DNA of 64,000 nucleotides from an uncultured Acidobacteriota bacterium (GTDB taxonomy: Bacteria; Acidobacteriota; Terriglobia; UBA7540). Below are positions 1 through 9,931 of the stretch, piece by piece. Made by a program: the position numbers and the translations under genes. The notes under the pieces were generated by a model that saw nothing but the letters and a program-made list of their open reading frames with translations, did no database searches and was not told where the DNA came from. The number at the start of each line of letters is the position of its first letter. The first letter of the stretch is position 1. Location of the stretch: assembly GCA_963804995.1 (NCBI GenBank), contig CAWDSK010000003.1, positions 1,312,001 through 1,376,000 on the forward strand, written 5' to 3'.

Positions 1-105
1 CTTCGGTGTGAACCACCCCCACGTCCGTCAATCTTTCGTTCGTAATGTTCTCAGCCTTCCTTTCCGCCGCCCAAGTCATGATGATTTGCCATAAAAGGCG
101 AATGG

Positions 106-936
106 TCAGGAAGCTTTCCTTCCACGGTCCACCACCGCCTTGGTTAGCTTCAGGGCGATGGCGCCGCCCGGGACCACCAGGTTGATGGTCTCTGCGCCAA
201 TGTCGAAGAGCACTTCACGATTCAGGACGCGCTTGAGCTGGCCCCCGAAGGCCTTTCCCGTGGGCTTGAACTCTGCGGTAAGCCCATCCACTTCCACCGT
301 GACACGCTTGTCCTTGGCTTGCCACACATACGCGAAGGCGTAGACCGGCCGGTAGTAGAGGTCGAGGCAATCGACCACCTCCTCCTCTTCGAGGATCTGG
401 TCGGCGGAGGGGGGATGAAGCACGTCGCCCAGCACTTGGCGAACGACAACCGACGCGCGCACCTCGGGAGGAGCAAGGGCCAAGTCATTGGGCAACGTGC
501 CGCCGTTAGAACCGTCTATCCGCTCAAAGGCCAGGTAGCGGCGAAGGTCCTGAGCTTCGCCGCTTAGAGCGTCCAGAAAGACCTCGTGCCGTTCATCTAA
601 CAGGCAATGGTCCATCCCCGGTAAAGTCAGCTTGCCCTGAGCCGGGGTGTAAGTCTGCCCGGCGATTTCCACCGCCTGCACGTCAGCCAGGACCGGCACC
701 GCGTATTGGGTGCGGCGGTCGTAGCGGAAACGCTTGTGGCTGGTGGCATGCCAAAACGGCTGGTAGCGCAGCTCCAGTAGGCTCACCTGGATGTCCTCGC
801 TCTTGGGCCGCATCAGGAACTTGGCCAGGGTACCGAAGACGTTGAGTTTCTGCTCCCAGGCTCTTTCCCTGGCTTGGTCCTGCGTCACTTTGACAGGAAG
901 CACGAAGACTCCTTATTCAGCCAATACGATTTCCAT
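106..936 (-). CDS. Conserved hypothetical protein; the ATG at 936 is interrupted by an in-frame TAA (913-915), with an alternative GTG start at 903
   Basis: 265-aa ORF from GTG 903. Upstream in frame: AAGGAG-N8-ATG GAA ATC GTA TTG GCT GAA TAA GGA GTC TTC GTG. Confidence 0.7.
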
Positions 937-970
937 AAGTTCGACTCCTTGTTCCGCAGCGGTGCCTTTC

Positions 971-1126
971 TCAAAGCCCGTCCCACCATTGGCCCGCCCT
1001 GAACGAATCCCGCGCCCTCGCCTCAGGCGTTCCCGCCGAGTGCCGGCAGGAACTGCAAGCGGAATAGGAAAGCACGGTGAAAAAGGCAATCAACCCGGTG
1101 GCTGCGACCCATGTTGTCGTCGCCAT
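971..1126 (-). CDS. Small (51 aa) protein with hydrophobic N-terminus
   Basis: GGGGGAGGT directly before ATG; MATTTWVAATGLIAFFTVLSYSACSSC...; co-oriented between two larger genes. Confidence 0.4.
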   Translation of the reverse strand: MATTTWVAATGLIAFFTVLSYSACSSCRHSAGTPEARARDSFRAGQWWDGL

Positions 1127-1178
1127 ACCTCCCCCCCGGGGACTGCGCGGCTGCAGATCGTTTTTGCCAAGCGGCCCA

Positions 1179-3842
1179 CTACTCCCCGGCTCCGGCCCGT
1201 TCTTCGCAGGCTTTCGCCATGCCATCTTTGATATCGCCCGTAGCTTTCTCATTCATCTTTTCCATCGCCCATCTCATGATGATTTCCTCTAGAGGGCGAA
1301 TTTCCGCTTCCGCCTCTTTCGCAAAGCCCGGTGAAAAGGCGGCTTCCGTAAGGATTTCGGCGACGGCATCGCACGCTTGCTTGATGACGCAGGAGGCAAG
1401 TTTATCGGAATCGGGCATGGGGCTTTGCCCCAACTCTCCTTGCTTCAGATGGCCTGGTTGGACGAGTCCGAAGGGTGCGGGTTCGATGGCTCCAAGGTTC
1501 TCCCCGAGCGCCGTCATATAGCACTTCAAAAGACCGCCGTAGAATTTGGCGAAGATCTCCGTCCACTTTTCGATTCGCTCGTTTATTTTGCTGGTTTCGG
1601 TCATGGCCTGTGCGCCGCCCAACTCCATCTTCCCCAGCGCCATGCCGGTGGCCGGATCAACGCTCCACCAGCCATAGGTCTGAGTATCAGTGAGCTTCAC
1701 CAGCCGCGCTGGAAGGATGAGCGTCTGCCCCTGCGCCAATTCCCCGGCCAGGACATTCTTAATGGCGGGGGGGATGGTCAGGTTATCCAGCGCCGGTTTC
1801 TGCGCGGGCGTAATCGTGAGGATTGAAACACCCTCGGCGGACGCGGCGGAAAACAAAGGGACGGTGTTGAAGCTTCGGTCAGGTTGCACGGTCATACGCT
1901 CCAGAGCCGTATCCGCGATGCCGGCTTCCACCGCTAGCCGCTGGGCATCATTACCGTCGCCCACAAACTGGAAGGGTGCGTTCAGCAGATCGATGCCTTC
2001 GGCGAAACGATGCGCGCCCTGCGGCTTGCTCCAATCTCCCACGACGAACCCATGACGAAAGAAGGCCAGGCGCGGACGCTCGTAATAGGACTTCGCTTTG
2101 GGTGCGTGCCGCCTGCTGAGGAGGAATCGCGCCCCATCGCTGGAAAAAAAGTACTCAATCAACTCCGGCGGGAGCGTGGGGCGGGACAGGTCATCGACGC
2201 CAAAACCCTCGCCGAGGAAGGCTCGGGAGCGGGCCTTTTCCTCCATGGACTCCTGGGTTTTCAGGTTTTCAAGCTGCGCGCCCAGGACATAGACCAGGTT
2301 GTTGCTTCCCACCGAGATGCCGCCATCCCAGGCTTGCACCAGGAGCGCCCGCACCACCTTGTCATCGGCGAGCGCGGGCTGGATCTGCAGCTTCGAGCCT
2401 GAAGCCTCCAGCCGGTCCAGGATAACCCGCTGATAATGAGCGTCCGAAAGGTGCGGCCCGGCGCTGGTCACTTCCAGGAACAAGCGCGCCAGGACGGGGC
2501 CACCGGCTGTCGCGGCGGGCTTCACCTTGGGTTCAGGTTTGGGGGCGGGGGCCGCCTCTTCATCTCCGCCCAACCCGCCCAGCAGGCCGCCCGCAGCCTT
2601 CGCCGCCCCAGTATCGGCGCCGCTTGTTCCTTCGGCGGATTTCTCCTCCTCCCCACTGGACTGGCCGCTCAGCCGAAACGCTTGGCCGTCGGTTCGCTCG
2701 TCCCCCACCAGAAGCACGGGCTGGAACCGGTTTTCATTCGTCTTGAGCGTAAAGGGGGCCACCGCCAAGCGCACGTTCTTCCCGAAGAGGTCCGTTGCCT
2801 TCACCTCCTTCAAGAGCAGTTCACTGCTCTGGAGGCGTCCATTCTCGAGGAACTCGCCTACCAGACGGAACCGGACGTGTTGAAAAAGAGCGTCCGCGAG
2901 GTCGTCCGGATCGAACGTCTCGACGGCATCGGTAAGCTTGGAGTTGACGCTTGCGTCCTTCGCGCTGGGATCGAGGTCCGCAGGTTGGTCCGCCACCGTG
3001 GCCGTAACCCAGTAATGGTCCTGCAAAATCTCCAACTGCCGGCTGGCGGTGGCTGAGGCGTCGGGTACTCCGGCCTTCTTGAGGGCTGACAGGAGGAGAG
3101 GAACGTTCTTTTCCAGAGCATCGTTCACAGCGCTTCCCGCCTGCTGCGCTCGCTGCTCCAAACGCTTCTCCAATTCCTGTTGATGGTCCGTCACCGTTGC
3201 GGCGGGCGCCTGGCCGGCCAGTGATTGCAGGATTTGCTCGAGCGAGCCTGGCTGCGCGGCAATCTGCTGAAGAAGTTTTTGCGCCTGGTCGGGTGGCAAC
3301 TTCCCGTGCGCGATCTTGACCGGCACGCCATTTTGCTTGAGGATCGCGGCCAGCAGCAGCGCGCGGTCAAGGGAGTTCCCGCCACGTGTGAGGAGAGTTG
3401 CTCGGGCGCCTTTCATCACCCCTGGATAAGGCTCAAATGCCACACGGTCGCGGACAAACTCAAATGCCGCCTCGGGCGTGGTGAGGGTCAGCCCGAGAGC
3501 GTCGACATCGGTCAACGCCTTTGGAAATCCGTCCAGGTAGGTCTGCAAGCGAGTCAAGCGGTCCTGCATGGTCTGAACTTCGTTTTTGTAGGCTTGTTGT
3601 TTTTCATCCGGAGAAAGGTTGGCGATGAAAGCCGTCATATTGGTCTGGGCGCCGGCACCCGCGATTGTTGCACCCTTTGCGGGGAGGCCGTGCTTGGCGA
3701 AGTACCATACAACGCCTGTCACGGCTACGAGCAACACCAGCAAGACCACTGTTGCCGTCCAGATCCCCTTTCCTTTCTTAGGAGGTGGCGATGATGCGTT
3801 GTTTTCTGAGGGGGTTTCGGGGGGATGATTGGATGTTCCCAT
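1179..3842 (-). CDS. Membrane-anchored transglutaminase-like domain protein (887 aa)
   Basis: N-terminal TM helix; motifs PYPGVMKGARATLLTRGGNSLDRALLLAAIL, DHYWV and DLDPS resemble the transglutaminase-like core, with Ser at the usual Cys position. Confidence 0.7.
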   Translation of the reverse strand: MGTSNHPPETPSENNASSPPPKKGKGIWTATVVLLVLLVAVTGVVWYFAKHGLPAKGATIAGAGAQTNMTAFIANLSPDEKQQAYKNEVQTMQDRLTRLQTYLDGFPKALTDVDALGLTLTTPEAAFEFVRDRVAFEPYPGVMKGARATLLTRGGNSLDRALLLAAILKQNGVPVKIAHGKLPPDQAQKLLQQIAAQPGSLEQILQSLAGQAPAATVTDHQQELEKRLEQRAQQAGSAVNDALEKNVPLLLSALKKAGVPDASATASRQLEILQDHYWVTATVADQPADLDPSAKDASVNSKLTDAVETFDPDDLADALFQHVRFRLVGEFLENGRLQSSELLLKEVKATDLFGKNVRLAVAPFTLKTNENRFQPVLLVGDERTDGQAFRLSGQSSGEEEKSAEGTSGADTGAAKAAGGLLGGLGGDEEAAPAPKPEPKVKPAATAGGPVLARLFLEVTSAGPHLSDAHYQRVILDRLEASGSKLQIQPALADDKVVRALLVQAWDGGISVGSNNLVYVLGAQLENLKTQESMEEKARSRAFLGEGFGVDDLSRPTLPPELIEYFFSSDGARFLLSRRHAPKAKSYYERPRLAFFRHGFVVGDWSKPQGAHRFAEGIDLLNAPFQFVGDGNDAQRLAVEAGIADTALERMTVQPDRSFNTVPLFSAASAEGVSILTITPAQKPALDNLTIPPAIKNVLAGELAQGQTLILPARLVKLTDTQTYGWWSVDPATGMALGKMELGGAQAMTETSKINERIEKWTEIFAKFYGGLLKCYMTALGENLGAIEPAPFGLVQPGHLKQGELGQSPMPDSDKLASCVIKQACDAVAEILTEAAFSPGFAKEAEAEIRPLEEIIMRWAMEKMNEKATGDIKDGMAKACEERAGAGE

Positions 3843-4394
3843 ATGCAGTTGTCCTTTCTAGCCAAGCGGAATAGGCCATCGGAGGGAGAGAGAACGCCCC
3901 CTTTGATCCAACGACTTTGCCGTACTGCACTCGGCTTCACCACATCCGCCGCTTAGGAGAGGTTCTGGCTTTGGATCACCGACATGCCGGTAAGGTTTTC
4001 CCGCCGGCTGCAAGTTAAACTCCTGTGCCTTCTGCTCCTACTCCATGGCACAAGAGAGAACCTCCGTCGCAGTGAGTCGCTGACGGTCCAATTTGCTGGA
4101 AAACTGTTTGCGAGCTGAGAAGGCGGGTGAGGGACTGGAATCTCAGGGAATTGCCGTAGATATGCTTCCTGGGGATGACGTCTGCGTTGCAGCTCTGAGT
4201 AAAGTACCGAGGCACAAATCTCTGGCCGATTGCAAGTGCCCAGAGCCTCTAGCACCCAAAGTTCTAAGAGACCCATTTCCGCTCTCCAGTTCGCGGCGCA
4301 CAAGAGAGATGCTTCCGCTCGGGAGCCAATTGGCACCCACGATATCCCTCCGCAAACCTCGTGTCAAGCCGACTCGATAGGAGCGCCCGGCTAG

Positions 4395-4504
4395 GAGCCT
4401 GTCGGAGATAGATTTCGTTGTACGTAGAATTAATAACTTAGCGAGATTCGAGTGTCTGTAAGTTGTTGATTCTTCGTTGACGAATTATTATTTCCGACAC
4501 ACTC
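4395..4504. mobile_element. 110-bp MITE-like element with terminal inverted repeats and CTAG target duplication
   Basis: Left end GAGCCTGTCGGAGATA vs reverse complement of right end GAGTGTGTCGGAAATA (13/16); CTAG at 4391-4394 and 4505-4508; AT-rich interior. Confidence 0.7.
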
Positions 4505-4878
4505 CTAGGGGCTCAGACCCTGCCCGCGACCTGTGCCTCCGTCGTGTTAACTATTCCCAATGAGGCTCGGAGTCTCTTCAATATAAGCGCCCAGCAAACC
4601 TACCTTCGCGATTGCGCGTGCATCGGCTGCGTCTCTGGGACCGAATCTTTTTGTGGCAATCAATTCATCTGCCGTGCGGCGGCGACAAACAGCCGAGCCG
4701 ACAAGCGCTGGCGGGCGCGAAGAGCTGCGCACCTCACTCAGAGGAGGTCCGAGCCACGCTTGGTGTTGGCGAGGGGGAGGAGCAGCGACGTCTGCGCCCT
4801 TGGCTTCGGAGGTGGCTACAGGATCAACCTGTGCCTTCGAAAATCCGGCGTTCAAGTATTGCCCCGGAGGGGCACCAT

Positions 4879-6108
4879 TTACTTGGGAGGTTTCGTGGTT
4901 GGTGAATCAGTTCCCAGGGAGACGGCGCGGCTCAAGCTGACGTCCATCTCCGTGTAAGGGGGCAAAATCACGTCGCGACCGTGGCGCGTGACGAGGAAAA
5001 TTGCTGCCGCGCCCATCGCCGCAAACCTGGCCACCCCGGCCGTGGAAGCGTCGGTGGCCGTTGAACTGATCGCCTCAATGATCAATTGCGTGGTATCGTC
5101 GCTGACCTTGGAGATTCCCCCGGTCACACCAAAATCTAGCAGAAACCTTGCCGCCCCAGGATTTTGGGCGTGGATTCTTCCCTCCGAATCCATCGTCATG
5201 TGGGTTCCCCTGTCCACCTCAACGGCGACGGGAGAAGCGGCAATCGCGGTGGCGGCGCCATCCGGCAATGCCAGATGCGTGAACAGAAGGTTGAGCGCCC
5301 CGGGGCGGTACAAGCGGCGGGGTGGGACACGCTTTGCCAACACCCCTCGCAGAATGCTGCCCTGGGGAATCGCGATGGTGGAGCCCACCAGCACGGGTTC
5401 CAGCAACACGGCTTGGAAAGATTGGCCTTGATGGTCCTTGGACGCGCTCAGGCCCTTAAGCAGTACCAATGACATCCGCGTCCCGTCGGCGATGGTGCAA
5501 GGCTCCGGGCAGGCCGCCGAAGTGCCTGCGCCCTTCCCGACGTGCGCCTCAGCGAGCGCGGGAAACGTTGTGCCCTCAGGCTCCACCTGCAATGTCAGTA
5601 CCCAGGGAGCGACGCATTTCTGTTGATGCGACTTCGGTGCGCGCCCGCCTTCGCGTTCCGCCGAATTCGCGGCCTTGGCAGCAGGCTTGTCTTTTTCCGC
5701 CCGCAGCTCATCACGTTGCGCCAAGGCGATGAACGTCGCCCGCAGCGGAACTTGCACCCCTCCTGGCATCAGCACGTTCACCGACCGAAATCGCGCCACC
5801 AGATCGCGCCGCGGCGCAAAAAGGTGAATCACAAAGGGCCGGTCGTCCACCGCGTACGCTTTCTTTTGCGAGGCGATCTTATCCACCACCAGCCGGACCG
5901 TGCTACCCTTGGGAAATATCTCCGTGTTGCGCCAAAAAACGCTGCGCGCGAGTTTGCCCTCCAGCGTCGCTCCCGGCGCAGTCTTCTTGAGCGGGATGCG
6001 ACCCTCCATGGCAACCCAAACCACCGCGGTCTGGCCGTCCGTGCTTTGCGAATACGCGCCGGAAACGGTTGCGAAGGCGATAAGCGCCATGCACACAGCT
6101 TTCATCAT
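4879..6108 (-). CDS. Secreted protein with two TrbI/VirB10-like beta domains
   Basis: Signal-peptide-like N-terminus (MMKAVCMALIAFATVSGAYS); repeated IFPKGSTVR / IPQGSILRG motifs; C-terminal GRDVILPPYTEMDV. Confidence 0.55.
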   Translation of the reverse strand: MMKAVCMALIAFATVSGAYSQSTDGQTAVVWVAMEGRIPLKKTAPGATLEGKLARSVFWRNTEIFPKGSTVRLVVDKIASQKKAYAVDDRPFVIHLFAPRRDLVARFRSVNVLMPGGVQVPLRATFIALAQRDELRAEKDKPAAKAANSAEREGGRAPKSHQQKCVAPWVLTLQVEPEGTTFPALAEAHVGKGAGTSAACPEPCTIADGTRMSLVLLKGLSASKDHQGQSFQAVLLEPVLVGSTIAIPQGSILRGVLAKRVPPRRLYRPGALNLLFTHLALPDGAATAIAASPVAVEVDRGTHMTMDSEGRIHAQNPGAARFLLDFGVTGGISKVSDDTTQLIIEAISSTATDASTAGVARFAAMGAAAIFLVTRHGRDVILPPYTEMDVSLSRAVSLGTDSPTTKPPK

Positions 6109-6328
6109 GAAGGGAGCTTTCAAGGAACCACTTCCCCCATTGGGGGGTGCCGAGCGCGGATGATATCAGTGATTGAACCGTGCTGTATATCAATTGCTGC
6201 GACAGGTTATCTGTTGCGTTGTCCGCTTGCGCCAACTATGGTAGTCTGCCGCGCACGATAGGTCGTATAGATCCGCTTTAGCTGTGCGCGGGAAGTTGCG
6301 CGCAACAGACGAAATAGGGGGTGTGGCC

Positions 6329-6967
6329 ATGTCGCTACAGGATGAGTTGAGCGAAATCGTTTCGAAGGCCGATGGGACCGACGACCCCGAGCAGTTGGCG
6401 CAGTTTCAGAGGCGATGCGAGGCAATTCTGACCAATGTCTCAAATAGCCTGGGTACCGAGCAGGATGCGGAATTGCGCGAGTATTTGCGGGGAATCGAGG
6501 AGCAGGCCAAGGACGTGTTGCACAGAGTGAAGACACGCCTGGCCGAGGTCAAGATCGCGCGTATGGATCCCGAGTACGAACAGCGCAAGCTCCAGAAGCA
6601 GCAAGAGGAGCAACTGAAAAAGCAGCAGGAAATGGCCAAGGCGCAGCAGTTTTTGTCGCAGGGCGGCCTGGGCAATTTGCTGGGGGGCATCTTCGGCGCC
6701 GTAACGGGTGTTCAGGAAGCGCCAGCAGGCAGAGGAGCAACCGCGCCAGCACAATCTCCGGCAGCCCCTGCCGTTGCACCTGCATCCGCCGTCCCGGCTC
6801 CGGCGCCGATCAAGTGCGCACAATGCGGCTACGAGCTCAGAGCCGGCGCGAAATTCTGCCCCGAGTGCGGCACGGCGGTCCCTCGCGAGAAGCACTGCAC
6901 GAACTGTGGCGCGAAGGTGGCTCCCGCAGCGAAATTCTGTCCGGAGTGTGGAACCAAGGCGGCCTGA
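6329..6967 (+). CDS. Double zinc-ribbon (DZR) domain protein
   Basis: C-terminal CAQCG..AKFCPECG..CTNCG..AKFCPECG after a coiled-coil N-terminus and Ala/Pro linker. Confidence 0.8.
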   Translation: MSLQDELSEIVSKADGTDDPEQLAQFQRRCEAILTNVSNSLGTEQDAELREYLRGIEEQAKDVLHRVKTRLAEVKIARMDPEYEQRKLQKQQEEQLKKQQEMAKAQQFLSQGGLGNLLGGIFGAVTGVQEAPAGRGATAPAQSPAAPAVAPASAVPAPAPIKCAQCGYELRAGAKFCPECGTAVPREKHCTNCGAKVAPAAKFCPECGTKAA

Positions 6968-7010
6968 AATTGAAACCCTCCTTCGAAACTCACCGCCATC
7001 CCAAACGCGG

Positions 7011-7560
7011 GTACGATTGGATAGTCTGCTGAAAGCACAAATGGCCCCCCAACACGCACAGGATGAGAAAGATTATTCGGACCGTTACCGGACCATCCTC
7101 AGCCAGAAGGCGGTGAAGCTCAAGAGCTGGTGGGGAGGCCGGGCGGCCGATTCCTTGACGCCCTCCGAAATCGAAGCCAAGCTTTCCGAGTACGCCAAGA
7201 CGCCCGCCACCTTCAATCGCTACAAAGCTACTCTCAGTCTGGCCTATCGACTGGGCATTAGAGACGGTTTGGTGGAAGTGAATCGGGCTCGCATGGTCGG
7301 CCACAAAAGAGAAAACAACGCCCGACTGCGCTACCTGTCCGAAAGTGAGGAAACTAAGTTGCGGGCCATCATTCGGCAGCAGTGCCCGGAGCGTGAGCCG
7401 GAGTTTGACCTGGGGCTCTTCGCAGGGATGCGCCGGAGTAAACCATACGGATTGCTCTGGCGCAACGTGGATTTCACCACAGAACTGATTGCGATTTCGC
7501 GCTCCAGGCACGGGAAGGCCCGGTAGGTTCGCATCACCGCCCCCACCCGACGCGCCCTCC
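7011..7560 (+). pseudogene. Truncated tyrosine integrase remnant
   Basis: TPATFNRY, RYLSESEE and LFAGMRRS..YGL.W..VDF (box I); TAG at 7524-7526 after HGKAR; no HxxR or catalytic Tyr region; adjacent to the tRNA 3' end. Confidence 0.75.
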
Positions 7561-7648
7561 CGGCCCTATTGAAATTCCGGGCGGGGGACGATTCTCCTGT
7601 CTGCCCTGGTGGGATGTCGCGCGCTGGGTATCGTGACCGCTATTGTGT

Positions 7649-7737
7649 TGGTGCTGGAGGGGGGAGTTGAACCCCCATGCCGGGTGACCGGCGGCAGATT
7701 TTGAGTCTGCTGCGTCTGCCAATTCCGCCACTCCAGC
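7649..7737 (-). tRNA. tRNA-Leu (CAA)
   Basis: GCTGGAGTGGCGGAATTGGCAGACGCAGCAGACTCAAAATCTGC...GGTTCAACTCCCCCCTCCAGCACCA; anticodon CAA, long variable arm, encoded CCA. Confidence 0.97.
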
Positions 7738-7886
7738 ACACGCGAAACAATCAATTTAACACGCCGCGCAGAATCGCTCAACTCAGATATTCTCCCTTTG
7801 ATATACTCCCCTGGTTCGAGCAGTTAAGGCTGAGGAGCGGGGCTGCGGGCTGCATCCCACCCGCCACCGGTCGCAGGCTAAGAACC

Positions 7887-8357
7887 ATGAAGCGCAGTTG
7901 GATTTTCGGCGTGGCAGGACTCCTGCTCGTGACCTTTGGGTTAGGGTTTCTGGCCGGCACCCGCCGTAGGCCGATGCCCAGGGTGGATGCTCTGCCTCCT
8001 TTATCTCTGCCTCCTTTATCTCTGCCCCCTGCTAATGCCCCGGCCTCCGCGGCAAGCAGCACAGATGCTTGCATGAATATTCAAGAGGCCAGTACACAGG
8101 TGGGAAAGACAGGCTGCGTTGCGGCGCAAGTGCTGCGTGTTTACACGTCGCGGGGAGGAAACACCTTCCTGGATTTTTGCCAGGATTATCGAGGCTGTCC
8201 ATTTACGAGTGTGATTTTTGCGGCTGACAAGAGCAAGTTCGGCGACCTGGAATCCTTGCAGGGAAGGCATGTGGAGATTCGTGGCGCGATCACCCTTTAC
8301 CAAAACCGTGCGGAAGTCATCATCCGTGATCCTCAACAAATTCGCAACGCGCCTTGA
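7887..8357 (+). CDS. Membrane-anchored/exported OB-fold protein
   Basis: N-terminal TM, 15-bp tandem repeat encoding LPPLS, then GNTFLDF..PFTSVIF..VEIRGAITLY OB-fold-like pattern. Confidence 0.7.
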   Translation: MKRSWIFGVAGLLLVTFGLGFLAGTRRRPMPRVDALPPLSLPPLSLPPANAPASAASSTDACMNIQEASTQVGKTGCVAAQVLRVYTSRGGNTFLDFCQDYRGCPFTSVIFAADKSKFGDLESLQGRHVEIRGAITLYQNRAEVIIRDPQQIRNAP

Positions 8358-8427
8358 CGCCAGACGCGCCGGCGGTTCGGAATACGACCCGCCTCGAACG
8401 CAAGGCAGCGGGCTCGCAGTGTTGCTC

Positions 8428-9813
8428 ATGGTGTGCTTCGTCTGGGGCATGGTGAGGGTGGCCGCCGCCCAACCCCCGCAGACTACCCAGAAAACCACTT
8501 CCAGCGTGCAGGTCACGAAGCAGACAGCAGACCTCATCTTGGAGGGATTTGATCTGCTCGGTCAGCACAACGCCACGGGAGCTGAAGGCATCTTCCGGCA
8601 AGCTATCGAGTCGCAGCCCGAAGCGGAGCCCGCACACCGCGGACTGGGTTTGGCCTTACGCGAGCAAGGCAGGCTCACCGACGCCTTCCGTGAACTGCAG
8701 ACTGCCACGCAACTCGACCCCTCCGATGCCGATGCACACTACACGCTGGGCTCTGTGGCTTGGGCGCTGAGCTCGCCAATGAATCCTTCTCCGGGCAAGG
8801 CAGGAGGGCTTGGAGCGACGGACTACCAGAATCTGGCCAGGGCTGAGTTCTCAAAGGCCCTCACCCTGAGCCCCCAAGACGCCACCCTGCGGCTGAACCT
8901 GGCAACACTCTATTTGGAAGCGGACCGGGCGCGGGAAGCCCGGGAGCAGGCAGAGGAAGCGGTTCGCGTCGCTCCCCAGAGCGCGACTGCGCACGTGATT
9001 CTGGGTCGCACTTATTTCGCGGGTGGAGAGGAAGAAAAAGCTGCGCAGGAATTCGAAGCGGCGGTAAATCTTGACCCACAGGACGGAGGCGCCTACCTGG
9101 CACTGGGCCAACTGCGAATGTTCCAGCACCGCATCCCGGCGGCGGAAGATGCCTTGCGCCACGCCATCCAGATTTCCCCCAATCTGGGACCAGCGAACGC
9201 GGCGCTCGCCGAGATTCTAAGCTCAGAAGGCAAGGCCTCCGAAGCGCGCGGCTTGCTGGAAAAGTCCGTGAGCCTCGATCCCCAGGACTGGCAGAGCCAA
9301 TACCAGCTTGCGGTCCTCCTGAACCAGGCGGGAGAATCGGCGCGCGCCACCGAGTTGCTGGAGAAAGTCCTGCGCGCCAATCCTGATTTCCCCGGGGCGC
9401 GCGAGCAGTTGGCGGCCGGAATGTTGCGGCGCGGTGATGCGAAGGGGGCGACCTCGCTAGCGGGGAAAATGATCGCCCAGGATCCCCAGGGGCCGGAAGG
9501 CCACCGCATCATGGCGCTGGCCCTCTGGAAGGATCGCGATTACGAAGGTTCGCTCGCGGAGGCCGCCATGGCACTCGCCGCCGCTCCGGATTCCAGCGCG
9601 ATGCTGACGCTCCAGGCCATCGCGTTCTGGCAACTCAACCGCAAGAAAGATTCGCAAATGGCCTTTCGCGCGGCGGCTCGGGTCGAACCCAAAGTAGCTT
9701 CTGCCGACGTTTTCTGCCGCCTCTTGCTGTGCGACCAGCGCGATATCGGTGTGGTGGGCAAGTTTCTGCACAAGAACCGCTGGGTCCTTAATCCACCCAT
9801 GTCCGAACCCTGA
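8428..9813 (+). CDS. Tetratricopeptide repeat protein, likely exported (start uncertain)
   Basis: Many TPR-like units (AHRGLGLAL, AHYTLG, AHVILG, AYLALG, ALTLSP/LDP). Confidence 0.85.
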   Translation: MVCFVWGMVRVAAAQPPQTTQKTTSSVQVTKQTADLILEGFDLLGQHNATGAEGIFRQAIESQPEAEPAHRGLGLALREQGRLTDAFRELQTATQLDPSDADAHYTLGSVAWALSSPMNPSPGKAGGLGATDYQNLARAEFSKALTLSPQDATLRLNLATLYLEADRAREAREQAEEAVRVAPQSATAHVILGRTYFAGGEEEKAAQEFEAAVNLDPQDGGAYLALGQLRMFQHRIPAAEDALRHAIQISPNLGPANAALAEILSSEGKASEARGLLEKSVSLDPQDWQSQYQLAVLLNQAGESARATELLEKVLRANPDFPGAREQLAAGMLRRGDAKGATSLAGKMIAQDPQGPEGHRIMALALWKDRDYEGSLAEAAMALAAAPDSSAMLTLQAIAFWQLNRKKDSQMAFRAAARVEPKVASADVFCRLLLCDQRDIGVVGKFLHKNRWVLNPPMSEP

Positions 9814-9931
9814 ACCTTGGCACGAACCTCTTCCGCGGGATGTGCCTTCGAACCGCCAAGGCGGCAACCCTTCTCCCCCACGACCAACGCGCGTTCGGCC
9901 GCGCGGCCTCTACCTGTGGTTTTCCCAGGAT

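Noticed and set aside
1..79. Possible minus-strand CDS start (MTWAAERKAENITNER..) running off the window
   Set aside because: Too short to assess; no recognisable motif.
3953..4957. Several 66-137 aa ORFs on both strands around the MITE
   Set aside because: No motifs or convincing RBS; probably spurious or decayed.
6708..7526. 272-aa ORF as an intact integrase
   Set aside because: The 5' part overlaps the DZR gene out of frame and the catalytic C-terminal half is missing; treated as a pseudogene.
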